Shown in pieces: positions 8,632 through 17,691 of a DNA stretch of 35,270 nucleotides. A program made the translations under genes and the position numbers. Source of the DNA: an uncultured Bifidobacteriaceae bacterium (lineage in GTDB: Bacteria; Actinomycetota; Acidimicrobiia; IMCC26256; PALSA-555). Every line of letters begins with the position of its first letter. Position 1 is the first letter of the stretch. The notes under the pieces were generated by a model. The model was not told the DNA's origin and did no database searches. It saw nothing but the letters and a program-made list of their open reading frames with translations. The DNA lies in contig CAZCYE010000004.1 of the NCBI GenBank assembly GCA_964502775.1, positions 1 through 35,270 of the forward strand. The letters run 5' to 3'.

Positions 8632-10080
8632 GTGCGCTACGGTACCATCGCGTTCGTGGGCGCTCACGGCATCGGTGTGCACGATCGGGCGCGACCACCG
8701 GTGCCCCGGGTACTCTCGTTCGGTTCGCTCGTAGCCTTCGCCCTGTTGTTGATGATCGCCGCGACCACGATCACGTGGATCGTCGCTGGTCTCGACACAG
8801 ACAAGCTTGTTCTCCTCGCAGGTGGCGCCGTCGCCGCCGGTTTGGTGCTCCTCGCGTCGTGGCGGTTCTGGTGGTTGCTACTCCTTCTCTTTGCCGTGCG
8901 CGCGAGCCTGGACGCGCTCAAGCCCTCCGAGATCGGCGGATCCGGCCTCGAGGCTGGCACCATCGTGGGCGCGGTCTTCCTGATCAGCGCTACGGCGTGG
9001 CTATGGGTGCAGTGGCGGAGCGGAAACCTCATGCCTGTCTCCCGCGCCGGGATCGCGCTGCTTGCTCTGGCGGGTGCACTCGTTCTCTCATCGCTGGGCG
9101 CCGAGCAGATCGCCAATAGTCTCCAATCATCCCTCAAATTCGTCGCTATCGCAGTGATGTTCATCGTCCTGGAGCAGACCTTCCTCGTACACCCGGAGCG
9201 GATCGCGGGGGCGCTGGCCGCGGTCCTCGTGTCGCTCGTAGTTCCCGCGATCGTTGGCATCAGCGAAGCAATCTCCAGCGGACTTCCCGAGAGCGGCGTC
9301 GACGTCTCTCGAATTCGCTCCACGTTCGTGCACGCCAACGTCTTCGCTTCGTATCTTGTGGTGATCGGGTTGCTCGCCATCACACTAATCCCGTATCTAC
9401 CTCGATGGCGAGTCGCGCTGGTGGCGATCGTAGTTGTCACGGTGCCAATGCTGCTGTTGACGTACGCGCGCGGTGCCTGGATCGCCTTCTATCTCGGGGT
9501 CGTGCTGATCGGCCTTGCCCAGAGCAGGATCCTTCTCGTGCTCATCGCCGCGGTCACGATCGTGGCAGTTCTTGCGGTTCCATCGGTGTCGACGCGTCTC
9601 AGCGACCTCAACTTGGCCGAGGATACTCGGGGCAACCAGCAGGCGAACTCGGCAGAGTGGCGCGTCGATTACTGGGCCAACGTGCTCCCTTTGGTCGGCG
9701 AGAACCCGGTCACCGGCATCGGCACTGACATGATCCGACGGACCGCTGACTACCGCCTTCCCGCGCACAGCGTCTTCGTCGACGTCATCGTTGAGGCCGG
9801 CGCGCTCGGGGTCGCGACCCTCATCGCGGCAGTCGTCACGATGTGGGCAGCGTTGCGCCGCGCCGCTCGCCTGCTCCGCGACCGCCTCGGGCGAGGCATC
9901 ACCGTCGCGTCGGCCGCGATCGGCCTCAGCCTTCTCGTGCAGTTCTTCTCCGAGAGCTTGCTCATCCAGCCCGCGGTGCTCTGGTACGCGATGGTTCCGA
10001 TGGCCTGGGCGGCGGCCGCCAGCCGCCGCCTGGACGGCCGTGCGGGCGTCCGTGCTACCGCAGCCATCGCGACCCGCTGA
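8632..10080 (+). CDS. wzy: O-antigen ligase/polymerase family membrane protein (Wzy-like)
   Basis: It is polytopic, with 10 or more hydrophobic helices. The TYARGAWIAFYLGVVLIGL segment and the following large loop (LAEDTRGNQQANSAEWRVDYW) are typical of the Wzy_C/O-antigen ligase domain. Alternative GTG starts lie at 8677 and 8701. Confidence 0.7.
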   Translation: MRYGTIAFVGAHGIGVHDRARPPVPRVLSFGSLVAFALLLMIAATTITWIVAGLDTDKLVLLAGGAVAAGLVLLASWRFWWLLLLLFAVRASLDALKPSEIGGSGLEAGTIVGAVFLISATAWLWVQWRSGNLMPVSRAGIALLALAGALVLSSLGAEQIANSLQSSLKFVAIAVMFIVLEQTFLVHPERIAGALAAVLVSLVVPAIVGISEAISSGLPESGVDVSRIRSTFVHANVFASYLVVIGLLAITLIPYLPRWRVALVAIVVVTVPMLLLTYARGAWIAFYLGVVLIGLAQSRILLVLIAAVTIVAVLAVPSVSTRLSDLNLAEDTRGNQQANSAEWRVDYWANVLPLVGENPVTGIGTDMIRRTADYRLPAHSVFVDVIVEAGALGVATLIAAVVTMWAALRRAARLLRDRLGRGITVASAAIGLSLLVQFFSESLLIQPAVLWYAMVPMAWAAAASRRLDGRAGVRATAAIATR

Positions 10081-10117
10081 GCGTCGTCTGGCTGCACCGG
10101 ACGCGTCGATATCCGCC

Positions 10118-11422
10118 ATGGCGAACGAACCCTTCTCGCGGGCCGTTCCTGGCGACAGCTCGGCCAGCGCCGAGTCGCCGAGCCGCTGGCGACCGAGCTC
10201 GCGGAGCTTTCGATTCGACACGTCACTCACGGCGCTCACGGGTCTCAGCGTCCATCTGCTCAGCGGTATCACGGGGCCGCTGCTCGCTCGCAACCTGGGT
10301 GCTGGGGGACGCGGCAGCCTCGCGGCGGTCACCGTCCCGGCGGAGATCTTCGGTTGGTTGCTCTGCTTCGGGATACCGATCGCCACGCTGTACTACGCGC
10401 GTGAGCACGAGTGGCGCCACCTGCTCATGTCGTCATGGGTGTTCTCGTACGCGCTAGGAGGCATCGTGATCCTCGCCACCTGGTGGGCGATCCCATCGTT
10501 CCTCGACGGTCACCCTCCCGAGACGGTAACGTGGCTCCGCGCATTCTTGCTCGTGAACCTCGCGGTCGGGCCCGTCACCACCGCGGTCGAGACCCTCACG
10601 CTCGAAGGCGCGATCGTCGCGTACAACATTCTGGTTCGGTTCCCGTACGTCGTGTATACGATTGGGATCGCCGCCCTAGCGATCGCAGGTTCCCTGGACC
10701 TCCCCGGGGCGCTCGCTGTCTCGCTGGGCGCGAACGTACTCTGGTTCGCCGCGGTGATTGCTTACCGTCACGCGTGGCCGGGGCGCGGTTTCCGGTTCAG
10801 CGTGCTGCGTCGGCAGCTGCACTACGGCAGCCGCGTCTTCCTCGGCTCGGTATCGACCCTGACGATCCAATGGCTCGATCGGTTGCTACTCGTCGGGCTT
10901 GTGAGTCCGAGCGCGTTGGGAATCTACGTCGTGTCCAGCACAGCGGCTGGCATCACCGGCCCCCTCTCAGAGGGGCTCGCCGTGAACATCCGCGCTCGCC
11001 TCCTGCGAGCAGGCGCGCCTTCACGGCGTGCACTGCTCGCCCGGGCGATGGCCTGGAGTGCGCTGGTCTCGATCACGGCGAGCATCGGGATTGCCGTGCT
11101 CGCGCCATGGGTGCTCCCCGCGTTGTTCGGCGCCGCGTTCGACGACTCACTCCACCCGCTGTGGATTCTGCTCCCCGGCCAGTGCGCGCTCAACGTGGCC
11201 AATATCATCGGCGAGAAGCTCATTGTCGACGGGCGGCCCGGCACCGAGTCCCTCGGCCTCGGGATCGCCGCCATCACGACCGTGGTGGCGCTCGTGTTGC
11301 TCGTCCCACCGTTTGGCATCCTCGGAGCGGCGGCGGCGACGACGCTCAGCGAGTTCGTACTGCTCGGATACGTTTGGATTGCTGACCAACGGGGCCCGAG
11401 GCGGGCTCGGGCGCCCTCCTGA
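10118..11422 (+). CDS. wzx: Wzx-type oligosaccharide flippase (MOP superfamily polysaccharide biosynthesis protein)
   Basis: ATG at 10118 (MANEPF...). It has about 12 TM helices. The central LHYGSRVFLGSVSTLTIQWLDRLLLVGLVSPSALGIYVV and the C-terminal PPFGILGAAAATTLSEFVLL match the flippase pattern. The upstream part of the 543-aa ORF is an out-of-frame overlap with wzy. Confidence 0.7.
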   Translation: MANEPFSRAVPGDSSASAESPSRWRPSSRSFRFDTSLTALTGLSVHLLSGITGPLLARNLGAGGRGSLAAVTVPAEIFGWLLCFGIPIATLYYAREHEWRHLLMSSWVFSYALGGIVILATWWAIPSFLDGHPPETVTWLRAFLLVNLAVGPVTTAVETLTLEGAIVAYNILVRFPYVVYTIGIAALAIAGSLDLPGALAVSLGANVLWFAAVIAYRHAWPGRGFRFSVLRRQLHYGSRVFLGSVSTLTIQWLDRLLLVGLVSPSALGIYVVSSTAAGITGPLSEGLAVNIRARLLRAGAPSRRALLARAMAWSALVSITASIGIAVLAPWVLPALFGAAFDDSLHPLWILLPGQCALNVANIIGEKLIVDGRPGTESLGLGIAAITTVVALVLLVPPFGILGAAAATTLSEFVLLGYVWIADQRGPRRARAPS

Positions 11423-11540
11423 CGCCCCGAGCGGCCCCGGACGGCTCCTGACGTCCCCGGCCCGGCCGCCACTCCTGACGCCTCCGGCCCGGCCGCCACT
11501 CCTGATGCCCCCGGCCCGGCCGCCACTCCTGACACTCCCG
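11404..11540. repeat. 27-bp tandem repeat (minisatellite): three near-perfect copies plus two degenerate copies
   Basis: TCCTGA(C/T)(G/A) recurs at 11417, 11446, 11473, 11500 and 11527, giving spacings of 29, 27, 27 and 27. The core unit is CCGGCCCGGCCGCCACTCCTGAYGCC. The first copy contains the wzx stop codon. Confidence 0.9.
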
Positions 11541-11652
11541 GTGGGGGTGATTCCCGCCGACTGGCTCAAATGCGTCATTAGCGGAGAGGGCCGTACGTCA
11601 CCATTCACGCTCAGCGTTCAAGTTCGAGGGGCTCCGGTTCGATATCCGTGCG

Positions 11653-12762
11653 GTGACGGTGCGATCGCCCAGCCTGCGAGGAGCACTCCGGTTGCGCCGG
11701 CACGCTCGGCGCACGGGCGCCCAAAGGCTCGCGATGGCGCTCGCTCCACTCGTACTGCTTGGCACGGCCTGCACCTCCGTGATGCCCACGAGCCCGATCT
11801 CGCCTGGAGCACTGCCCGCCCCGCCACCGACGGATCCGGCCCTTCCGCCGCCCTCCGGCCCGGTCGCCTCGGAGCCTCCGGCACCGACGACCCGGGACCC
11901 GTCCCTCTGGCCGTTCTCTGCCTCGTCACCGTGGAACACGCCGATGGGAACGGGCGCGCAGTTCGCCTCGCCGGCTGATCCGCGTACTCAGGCCCTCCTC
12001 TCGCCGCCGGGCCACATCAACGCCGCGCAGTGGTCGCATCCGATCTACCAGGCGACCACCGCCGACCCCGTCCAGACCCTCCACGACACGGGCTCGGGCG
12101 TGACCCGCTCGATCCCCATTCCGATCAACGCGACGGCCGCCGCTCCGACACCCGGTGACCAGCATCTCCACATCGTCGGAACCACGAAGTCCTTCGTCGA
12201 CGAGAGTTGGCTCGCGTCGCGGACGGCGACGGGATGGAAGACCCCGTACACGGTGCGGACCGACTTGCGTGGCCCCGGTGTCGGTCAGGGCGGCGTACGA
12301 GCTTATGGCGGCAGCGCGATTGGGGGGCTGATCCGTCTGCACGAGCTTCAGGCCGGTGCGATACGTCACGCACTGGCGTTCGCCATGCCCCGCTCCGCGA
12401 TGAAGCGCGGCCCTGTGTGGCCTGCCATCTTCGAGGACGGCGACGCAGCCAGCACCTATACCGGGACCCTGGCCATGGGCACCCTGGTGGCGATCCCTGC
12501 GGGGGTGGACCTCGAGGCGCTGGGGCTGTCTCCGGCCGGGCTCGTGGTTGCCCGTGCGCTCCAGCGTTACGGCGCGTATCTCACCGACGCGTCGAGCAAT
12601 TTCACCTTGTATGCCGAGCCTTCGGCGGAAGATCTCTTGGGCCCAGCGCGGGCCGACCTGGCCGCGATCCGCGCTCAACTCCGCGTCGTGACGAACAATT
12701 CCGCCTCCAATGTCGGTGGTGGTGGCGAGCGGCTGGCCCCAGCGGCCCCACCCTTCGGCTAG
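11653..12762 (+). CDS. Secreted lipoprotein of unknown function with a Pro-rich linker and a globular domain of about 280 aa
   Basis: GTG start. There is a basic n-region (RLRRHARRTGAQR) followed by LVLLGTAC, which is lipobox-like. A Pro-rich linker (PGALPAPPPTDPALPPPSGPVASEPPAPTT) comes next. The domain contains SPWNTPMG, GDQHLHIV, GGSAIGGLIRLHELQAGAIRHALAF and ALQRYGAYLTD. I cannot assign a family. Confidence 0.7.
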   Translation: MTVRSPSLRGALRLRRHARRTGAQRLAMALAPLVLLGTACTSVMPTSPISPGALPAPPPTDPALPPPSGPVASEPPAPTTRDPSLWPFSASSPWNTPMGTGAQFASPADPRTQALLSPPGHINAAQWSHPIYQATTADPVQTLHDTGSGVTRSIPIPINATAAAPTPGDQHLHIVGTTKSFVDESWLASRTATGWKTPYTVRTDLRGPGVGQGGVRAYGGSAIGGLIRLHELQAGAIRHALAFAMPRSAMKRGPVWPAIFEDGDAASTYTGTLAMGTLVAIPAGVDLEALGLSPAGLVVARALQRYGAYLTDASSNFTLYAEPSAEDLLGPARADLAAIRAQLRVVTNNSASNVGGGGERLAPAAPPFG

Positions 12763-12772
12763 ACCGCCGTCC

Positions 12773-13708
12773 TCACGACCAGCGCCGCCTCGACACCAGA
12801 TCGCGGAGTCTCGTCGCCAGCTCCGGCGCAGCGATGATGCCAAGCCCGATACGACGGGTCTTGGCGTTGCCGTGCCGCAGTGCCGTGAGCGCCTGACGGC
12901 GCGCGCCTCGAGCGTCGCCATCGCGTGACGCAACGAGCGCTCGGGAGAGGGCCAGGCGGCCGCGGCGCTCTCCCAGCGAACGCTCGATCCATCGGCGCTC
13001 GCCCGCGGTCGCTGCCTCGCTCAGCGCCAGCTCCAGCACCCTGACGTCGGACTCGACCGTGGCGTAGCCGGACGAGAGGCTGTCGGGTGAGACGCGGTAC
13101 AGCAGGGTCGGCTGGGGTGCCAAGACCGCCCGGACCTCTCTCCGGATCATCCTCAGGTACAGGTCCCAGTCCTCGCCGTGGCGCAGCTCGGCACGGTACC
13201 CGCCGCAGGCCTGGTAGTCCGCGCGAGAGAAGAGCACGCCGGCCGACGCAAAGTTCCCGCGGATGATGGACTGGAGCTGGTCAGTAGGGGAGGGGACCTC
13301 GCGGGGGCAGGGACGGAGCTTCCCGTCGGGCAGCCAGAGATAGTTGCTCGCGATCGAGAGCACACCGTCGGCGTGGGCTGCTGCCAGCAGCGCCAGGTGG
13401 TTGGGAAGCCAAGCGTCGTCGGCGTCGAGAGTCGCCGCCACATCCGTTGTCACACGCTCCATGGCAAAGCGGCGGGCGGCGCCGACGCCCACGTTCGCCT
13501 CCAGCCGGTGGACCGTGATCGGCAGCATCGGTTCCCAGGCGCGTGCCCGCGGCACAGTGTCGTCCTCGGACGCGTCGTCGACGACGAGCACGGCCTCTGG
13601 CGCCTGTGACTGTGCCGCAATGGACGCGAGTGCGCCGTCGATCGTCGTGGCTGCGTTCCGGGCGACGACGACGACGGTGAGACCGCGATACGGCGACGTC
13701 ATCGCCAC
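12773..13708 (-). CDS. GT2 family glycosyltransferase
   Basis: Motifs seen: LTVVVVARNAATTIDGALASIAAQ, VLVVDDASEDDT and LDADDAWLPNHL (DxD). An ATG at 13700-13702 forms an ATGA overlap with the upstream GT4 stop and is probably the true start. Confidence 0.85.
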   Translation of the reverse strand: MAMTSPYRGLTVVVVARNAATTIDGALASIAAQSQAPEAVLVVDDASEDDTVPRARAWEPMLPITVHRLEANVGVGAARRFAMERVTTDVAATLDADDAWLPNHLALLAAAHADGVLSIASNYLWLPDGKLRPCPREVPSPTDQLQSIIRGNFASAGVLFSRADYQACGGYRAELRHGEDWDLYLRMIRREVRAVLAPQPTLLYRVSPDSLSSGYATVESDVRVLELALSEAATAGERRWIERSLGERRGRLALSRALVASRDGDARGARRQALTALRHGNAKTRRIGLGIIAAPELATRLRDLVSRRRWS

Positions 13709-14826
13709 GTTGGGCCGCGCTTTGCGCGTCCGCGCGTGCCGGCGCTGGCCTCTGTGAAGATCCGGGAGTACAGCGTCTCGTACGAGCGCGCCATTCTGCT
13801 CACCGAGAACTCGCTGAGGGCGCGCTGCCGACCAGCGTCGCCCATCGATGCTCGCGTCGGCGCGCTCTCGAGGAGTCGGGAGATCGCGATGGCCAGCGCA
13901 TGGGGGTCGTCGGGAGGCACGAGGATCCCAGTGACGCCGTCGACCACCGTCTCTCCGACGCTCCCGACAACGGTCGCGACGACGGCCCGACGGGCAAGCA
14001 TCGCCTCGATGATCGTCAGCCCCATCGCTTCCGACCGGGAGGGGACCGCGACCACGTCGAACGTGGGCAGGTAGGCGCGAGCGCGATCCGTCCAGCCCGT
14101 GAAGAGCACGCGCTCGGCCAGCCCGAGGTCGGTTGCCAGTGCTCGCAGCTCGAGATCCTGGTCGCCGGCGCCCACCAGGACCAGGCTCGCATCGCCGAGC
14201 TCGAGCATGGCCCGAAGTAGCACATCGATGCCTTTGAGGTGATCGAAGCGGGCGAGCGCGCCGACAACCGACCCGTCGAACGGGATTTCGGCGGTGTCGA
14301 GAGCGATGTCCGGCACGCCGTTGTAGATCGTCGCGATCGAGCGATTCGGTAGTCCGAATGCGTGCTCGATCTCACGTGCCACACCGTCGCCCACTGCAAT
14401 ATGGCCGGCAAGTCGGCGGGAGACGACACGTTTCAGCTCGCGGCTGGCCCACGAACAAGGGTGCGGGAGTAGGTGCTCGACCGCGACCGGGGCGATCCCA
14501 GGCACGCCGGCCGCGGCGAGCAATGCCCACTGGCACGTCGTCGTGCCGGTCAGGACCGCGTGCAGCACAGCCGGCGCGAGCGGCCTCAGGGACGCGCGGA
14601 ATCGGCGCCACGACCTGAGGTCCGCCTTCGTCCGCAGTAGCGGGAGTTGGACGCACGGAGTCGCGGGGCGCTGCGACGCGAGCCATTCGATGAAGTCACG
14701 GTGGGGCCCAGCGACGACGACGGAGATTCTCGGATCCAACTCCCCCAGCAAGTAGGCCGTAGCAATCTCCGAGCCACCGACCGACGCGCTCTCGCAGTAG
14801 ACGACCACGCGTGGACTGTCGAGCAC
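13699..14826 (-). CDS. GT4 family glycosyltransferase
   Basis: Motifs seen: VVVYCESASVGGSE and VVAVPSRSEAMGLTIIEAMLARRAVVATVVGSVGETVVDGVTGILVPPDDP (E-x7-E region). GTG start at 14826. Confidence 0.85.
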   Translation of the reverse strand: MLDSPRVVVYCESASVGGSEIATAYLLGELDPRISVVVAGPHRDFIEWLASQRPATPCVQLPLLRTKADLRSWRRFRASLRPLAPAVLHAVLTGTTTCQWALLAAAGVPGIAPVAVEHLLPHPCSWASRELKRVVSRRLAGHIAVGDGVAREIEHAFGLPNRSIATIYNGVPDIALDTAEIPFDGSVVGALARFDHLKGIDVLLRAMLELGDASLVLVGAGDQDLELRALATDLGLAERVLFTGWTDRARAYLPTFDVVAVPSRSEAMGLTIIEAMLARRAVVATVVGSVGETVVDGVTGILVPPDDPHALAIAISRLLESAPTRASMGDAGRQRALSEFSVSRMARSYETLYSRIFTEASAGTRGRAKRGPTWR

Positions 14827-14892
14827 GTTGCCTCGCTCCCTCGTCTTGGTCGGTCATGTTCCCTGTTCGAACGCGCTGCTAGTTTAGGAATA
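14827..14892. promoter_or_regulatory. Divergent intergenic region between the GT4 operon (-) and the GT2 gene (+)
   Basis: This is a 66-bp gap between two outward-facing starts. An AGGAA RBS precedes the ATG at 14893. GC content is locally lower (TAGTTTAGGAATAATG). No -10 or -35 element is assigned. Confidence 0.3.
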
Positions 14893-15924
14893 ATGGGCGC
14901 GTGTATCACGATTGTCGTCGCGACATACAACCGGTCCGCATATCTGGGCGAAGCTCTCGACAGCATCCTGACGCAGGACTTCGAACTACTCACGGTTGTC
15001 GTTGCTGACAATGCTTCCACCGACGAGACACCGCGGATCGTCGAGGGAATCGAGTCACCGAAGGTCCACTACGTGCGACGCGAACGCAACCTCGGCTGGA
15101 TCGAGAACTTCAACCGCGCTCTCGCAGATGTCGAGACCGAATACGTTGGGATCTTCGGAGACGACGACCGCATGTTGCCCGGCGCGCTGCGCCGCGCGGT
15201 GCAGGTTTTCGACGAGCACCCGAGTGTTGGGATGGTGCATACGGCGTTCGACGTGATCGATGAGCGCGGGCGAGTGCTGAGCACCCGTGAGCACTGGATG
15301 GGCGCTCAGGATGACGACGTGGTCGAACGCGGCCCGGCGATGATCAGACGCACGATGCCGCTCTGGAGCGGGATCTGCTCATCGAGCGTCGTGATGCGTT
15401 CTAAGGCGATCCCTGCCGGTGGCTACGACCCTGTTGACGGCGAGTTCGCCGACTACACGCTCTGGCAGCGGATCGCGCTCGACTGGGACGTCGCCTTCGT
15501 GGCCGAACCAGGCCTGCAATTGAGAACGCACCCGGGGCAGCTCTCGGCGCGGCACGGCCGGAGTCTCGACGCTGGGGTTGTGCTCGAGGCATACGAGCCC
15601 GAGATGATCTCGAGCCTGCTCACCGCGAAGCTCCGCTTCGTCGATCGCCACCACCACCGACTCGCTGACCCGCGTGCCCTCCGGCGAGCCGCGCGTTGGT
15701 GTAGCCGGCGGGAGCTCGCTTCGTGGATGTCTATGGCGGCGAACGTGTCTCGGCGTCACGCGGTGCGCGAACTGTGGAGCGGAGCTCACCGCCAACCGAG
15801 CGTCCTTTTGGGGGCTGCATCGGCTCGCGTCCTCGTCAAGCTCGTCCTCGGCCCGCGCCTCGTCGGTGCGCTCAGGCGGCGTCTCCGGGGTCGAGGAGAG
15901 CGCGTGCACCATTCTCGCGGATGA
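14893..15924 (+). CDS. GT2 family glycosyltransferase
   Basis: ATG at 14893. Motifs seen: ITIVVATYNRSAYLGEALDSILTQ, VVVADNASTDET and IFGDDDRMLPGAL. The upstream portion of the 425-aa ORF is antisense to the neighbouring GT4. Confidence 0.85.
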   Translation: MGACITIVVATYNRSAYLGEALDSILTQDFELLTVVVADNASTDETPRIVEGIESPKVHYVRRERNLGWIENFNRALADVETEYVGIFGDDDRMLPGALRRAVQVFDEHPSVGMVHTAFDVIDERGRVLSTREHWMGAQDDDVVERGPAMIRRTMPLWSGICSSSVVMRSKAIPAGGYDPVDGEFADYTLWQRIALDWDVAFVAEPGLQLRTHPGQLSARHGRSLDAGVVLEAYEPEMISSLLTAKLRFVDRHHHRLADPRALRRAARWCSRRELASWMSMAANVSRRHAVRELWSGAHRQPSVLLGAASARVLVKLVLGPRLVGALRRRLRGRGERVHHSRG

Positions 15925-16456
15925 GGGCGAGGTCGACGTCTCGAAAGCCGCGATCGCGCGGCGACATGACACTCGGGGAGCCCACCCAGGCGATCCCGAG
16001 CGACGGATCGTCCCAGCGGATACCAGCAGCGGCCTCCCGCTCCTCGCGTGCCGACATGAGATATTCGAGCTCCGCGTCGTCAGCGAGTGTGAGGAAGCCA
16101 TGAGCGCAGCCGGTGGGGACAAGGACCGCGGTGTTGTCGCCAGCCTGGAGTTCGATTGCGTGCCACCGCCCGCACGTCGGTGATCCCGCGCGCAGATCAA
16201 CGATCACGTCTTGAACGCGGCCGCGTAGGCAGCGGACGAGCTTCGTCTCCTCGTGCGGTGCGACCTGCACATGCAGCCCGCGCAGCGTCCCTTGCCTGGA
16301 GTTGTGTGAGGTGTTGACCTGCACGACCGAGAATGGGAATCCGGCGAGCCGGAATTCGTCAACGCAAAAGACCCGCGTGAAGGACCCGCGCTCGTCCTTG
16401 TCGGGCTTGTAGTGCAAGAGAGCTGAACCTTCGATGGAGAGGGCCTCGAATCTCAT
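15872..16456 (-). CDS. RmlC-like NDP-4-keto-6-deoxyhexose 3,5- (or 5-) epimerase, cupin fold
   Basis: Motifs seen: DERGSFTRVF, NTSHNSRQGTLRGLHVQ, ETKLVRCLRGRVQDVIVDLR and VLVPTGCAHGFLTLADDAELEYLMS. The His, Lys and Tyr positions of RmlC appear conserved. Its ATGA overlaps the upstream methyltransferase stop. Confidence 0.85.
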   Translation of the reverse strand: MRFEALSIEGSALLHYKPDKDERGSFTRVFCVDEFRLAGFPFSVVQVNTSHNSRQGTLRGLHVQVAPHEETKLVRCLRGRVQDVIVDLRAGSPTCGRWHAIELQAGDNTAVLVPTGCAHGFLTLADDAELEYLMSAREEREAAAGIRWDDPSLGIAWVGSPSVMSPRDRGFRDVDLALIRENGARALLDPGDAA

Positions 16457-17691
16457 GGGCGGATGCTCGTGGTCGGGACGGGAACGACGAACCTGCCGCC
16501 CCAGCTGGCAATGCTGTGCATCTGAGAGCGGATCTCCTGCTCAAGGTTCCAGGGCAAGATCAAGAGGAAATCGGGGCGCGTCGAGAACACGTGCTGCGGC
16601 GCCATGATAGGGAGATGCGATCCAGGGAGAAATCGACCTTGCTTGTAGGGGTTGCGATCGACCACGTACTCGACATCGTCGGTCGTCGCGCCACACGAGT
16701 TCAGCAGCGTGTTGCCCTTGGCTGCCGCGCCATAGGCCGCGATGCGCTGGCCGTCGCGCCGGCTCGTATCGAGGAACTCGCGGAGGGTTTGTCGGCTCCT
16801 GTCCACCTGCCGAGAAAAGCCCGCGAAGACCTCGAACGTGTCCAGGCCCGCCGCGCGCTCCGACAAGACCATGGCGTCGACCCTCGGATGGACGAATCGA
16901 TCGGAGGCGTTCGGCGTGACCCAGAACCGCAAGCTTCCGCCGTGCGTCGTCAGCGCTTCCACATCGACGATTCTGAGACCGTGACGTTCGAAAAGGGGTT
17001 TCGCCGCGAGCGCCGAGAAGTATGAGTAGTGCTCATGGTAGATCGTGTCGAACGCGGTCTGCTCGATGAGGCGGCGCAGATGCTGGACCTCCACGGTCAG
17101 CACCCCGTCGGGCATCAGGATCTCGGCGAGCCCGGCGACGAAGTCGTTCAGCTCGGGCACGTGGGCCATGACATTGTTCGCCACGACGAGGTTACCCCGG
17201 CGCCCGGCGACGGCGATCTCGTGAGCCTTCTCCGAGCCGAAGAAGGCGACCTCCGTGGGGATGCCTTCTTCGATCGCCATTGCCGCCACGTTCGCGGCAG
17301 GCTCGATGCCTAGCACCGGGATGCCGAGCTCAACGAACTCGCGCAGTAGGTAGCCGTCGTTGCTCGCGATCTCGATGACCAGATCGTCGGGGCCCAGGCC
17401 TAGCGCCCGAGATGCCGTGCGGGCGAACCGGCGGGCGTGCTCGAGCCAAGTGCGCGAGTACGACGAGAAGTAGGAATACTCGGCGAAGATCTCGTCCCTC
17501 GTGACCACGTCGTCGACCTGCATGAGGAAACACGACTCGCACAGGCGTACGACGAGAGGGTACGACCGCTCGGTTCCCGCCACGAGGATGTCCTCGGTCG
17601 GATACGCGTTTGCGAGCGGCTGACGCCCGAGGTCGACCACAACTCGGTGCAAGGGCTCGCCGCAGGACCTGCACCGGGGCGTCGTGCTCAC
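16453..17691 (-). CDS. NDP-hexose C-methyltransferase (TylCIII/TcaB9-like, SAM-dependent)
   Basis: The GTG start at 17689-17691 overlaps the rfbG stop (GTGA). The N-terminus has a Cys4 zinc motif (CRSCGEP...CESCFLMQ). The SAM-binding fold is VIEIASNDGYLL...LGIEPA. The C-terminal methyltransferase domain includes GAAAKGNTLLN, VVDRNPYKQGRFLPGSHLPI and FLLILPWN. Confidence 0.85.
   Translation of the reverse strand: MSTTPRCRSCGEPLHRVVVDLGRQPLANAYPTEDILVAGTERSYPLVVRLCESCFLMQVDDVVTRDEIFAEYSYFSSYSRTWLEHARRFARTASRALGLGPDDLVIEIASNDGYLLREFVELGIPVLGIEPAANVAAMAIEEGIPTEVAFFGSEKAHEIAVAGRRGNLVVANNVMAHVPELNDFVAGLAEILMPDGVLTVEVQHLRRLIEQTAFDTIYHEHYSYFSALAAKPLFERHGLRIVDVEALTTHGGSLRFWVTPNASDRFVHPRVDAMVLSERAAGLDTFEVFAGFSRQVDRSRQTLREFLDTSRRDGQRIAAYGAAAKGNTLLNSCGATTDDVEYVVDRNPYKQGRFLPGSHLPIMAPQHVFSTRPDFLLILPWNLEQEIRSQMHSIASWGGRFVVPVPTTSIRP

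Noticed and set aside
10924-11978. ORFs that read through the 27-bp repeat as peptide repeats (PARPPLLTP on the plus strand, SGVAAGPGA on the minus strand)
   Set aside because: Outside the repeat, both overlap the well-supported wzx and lipoprotein frames, and neither has a start or RBS context. The peptide periodicity follows simply from the 27-nt unit. I kept them only as a frameshift-extension possibility in the repeat finding.
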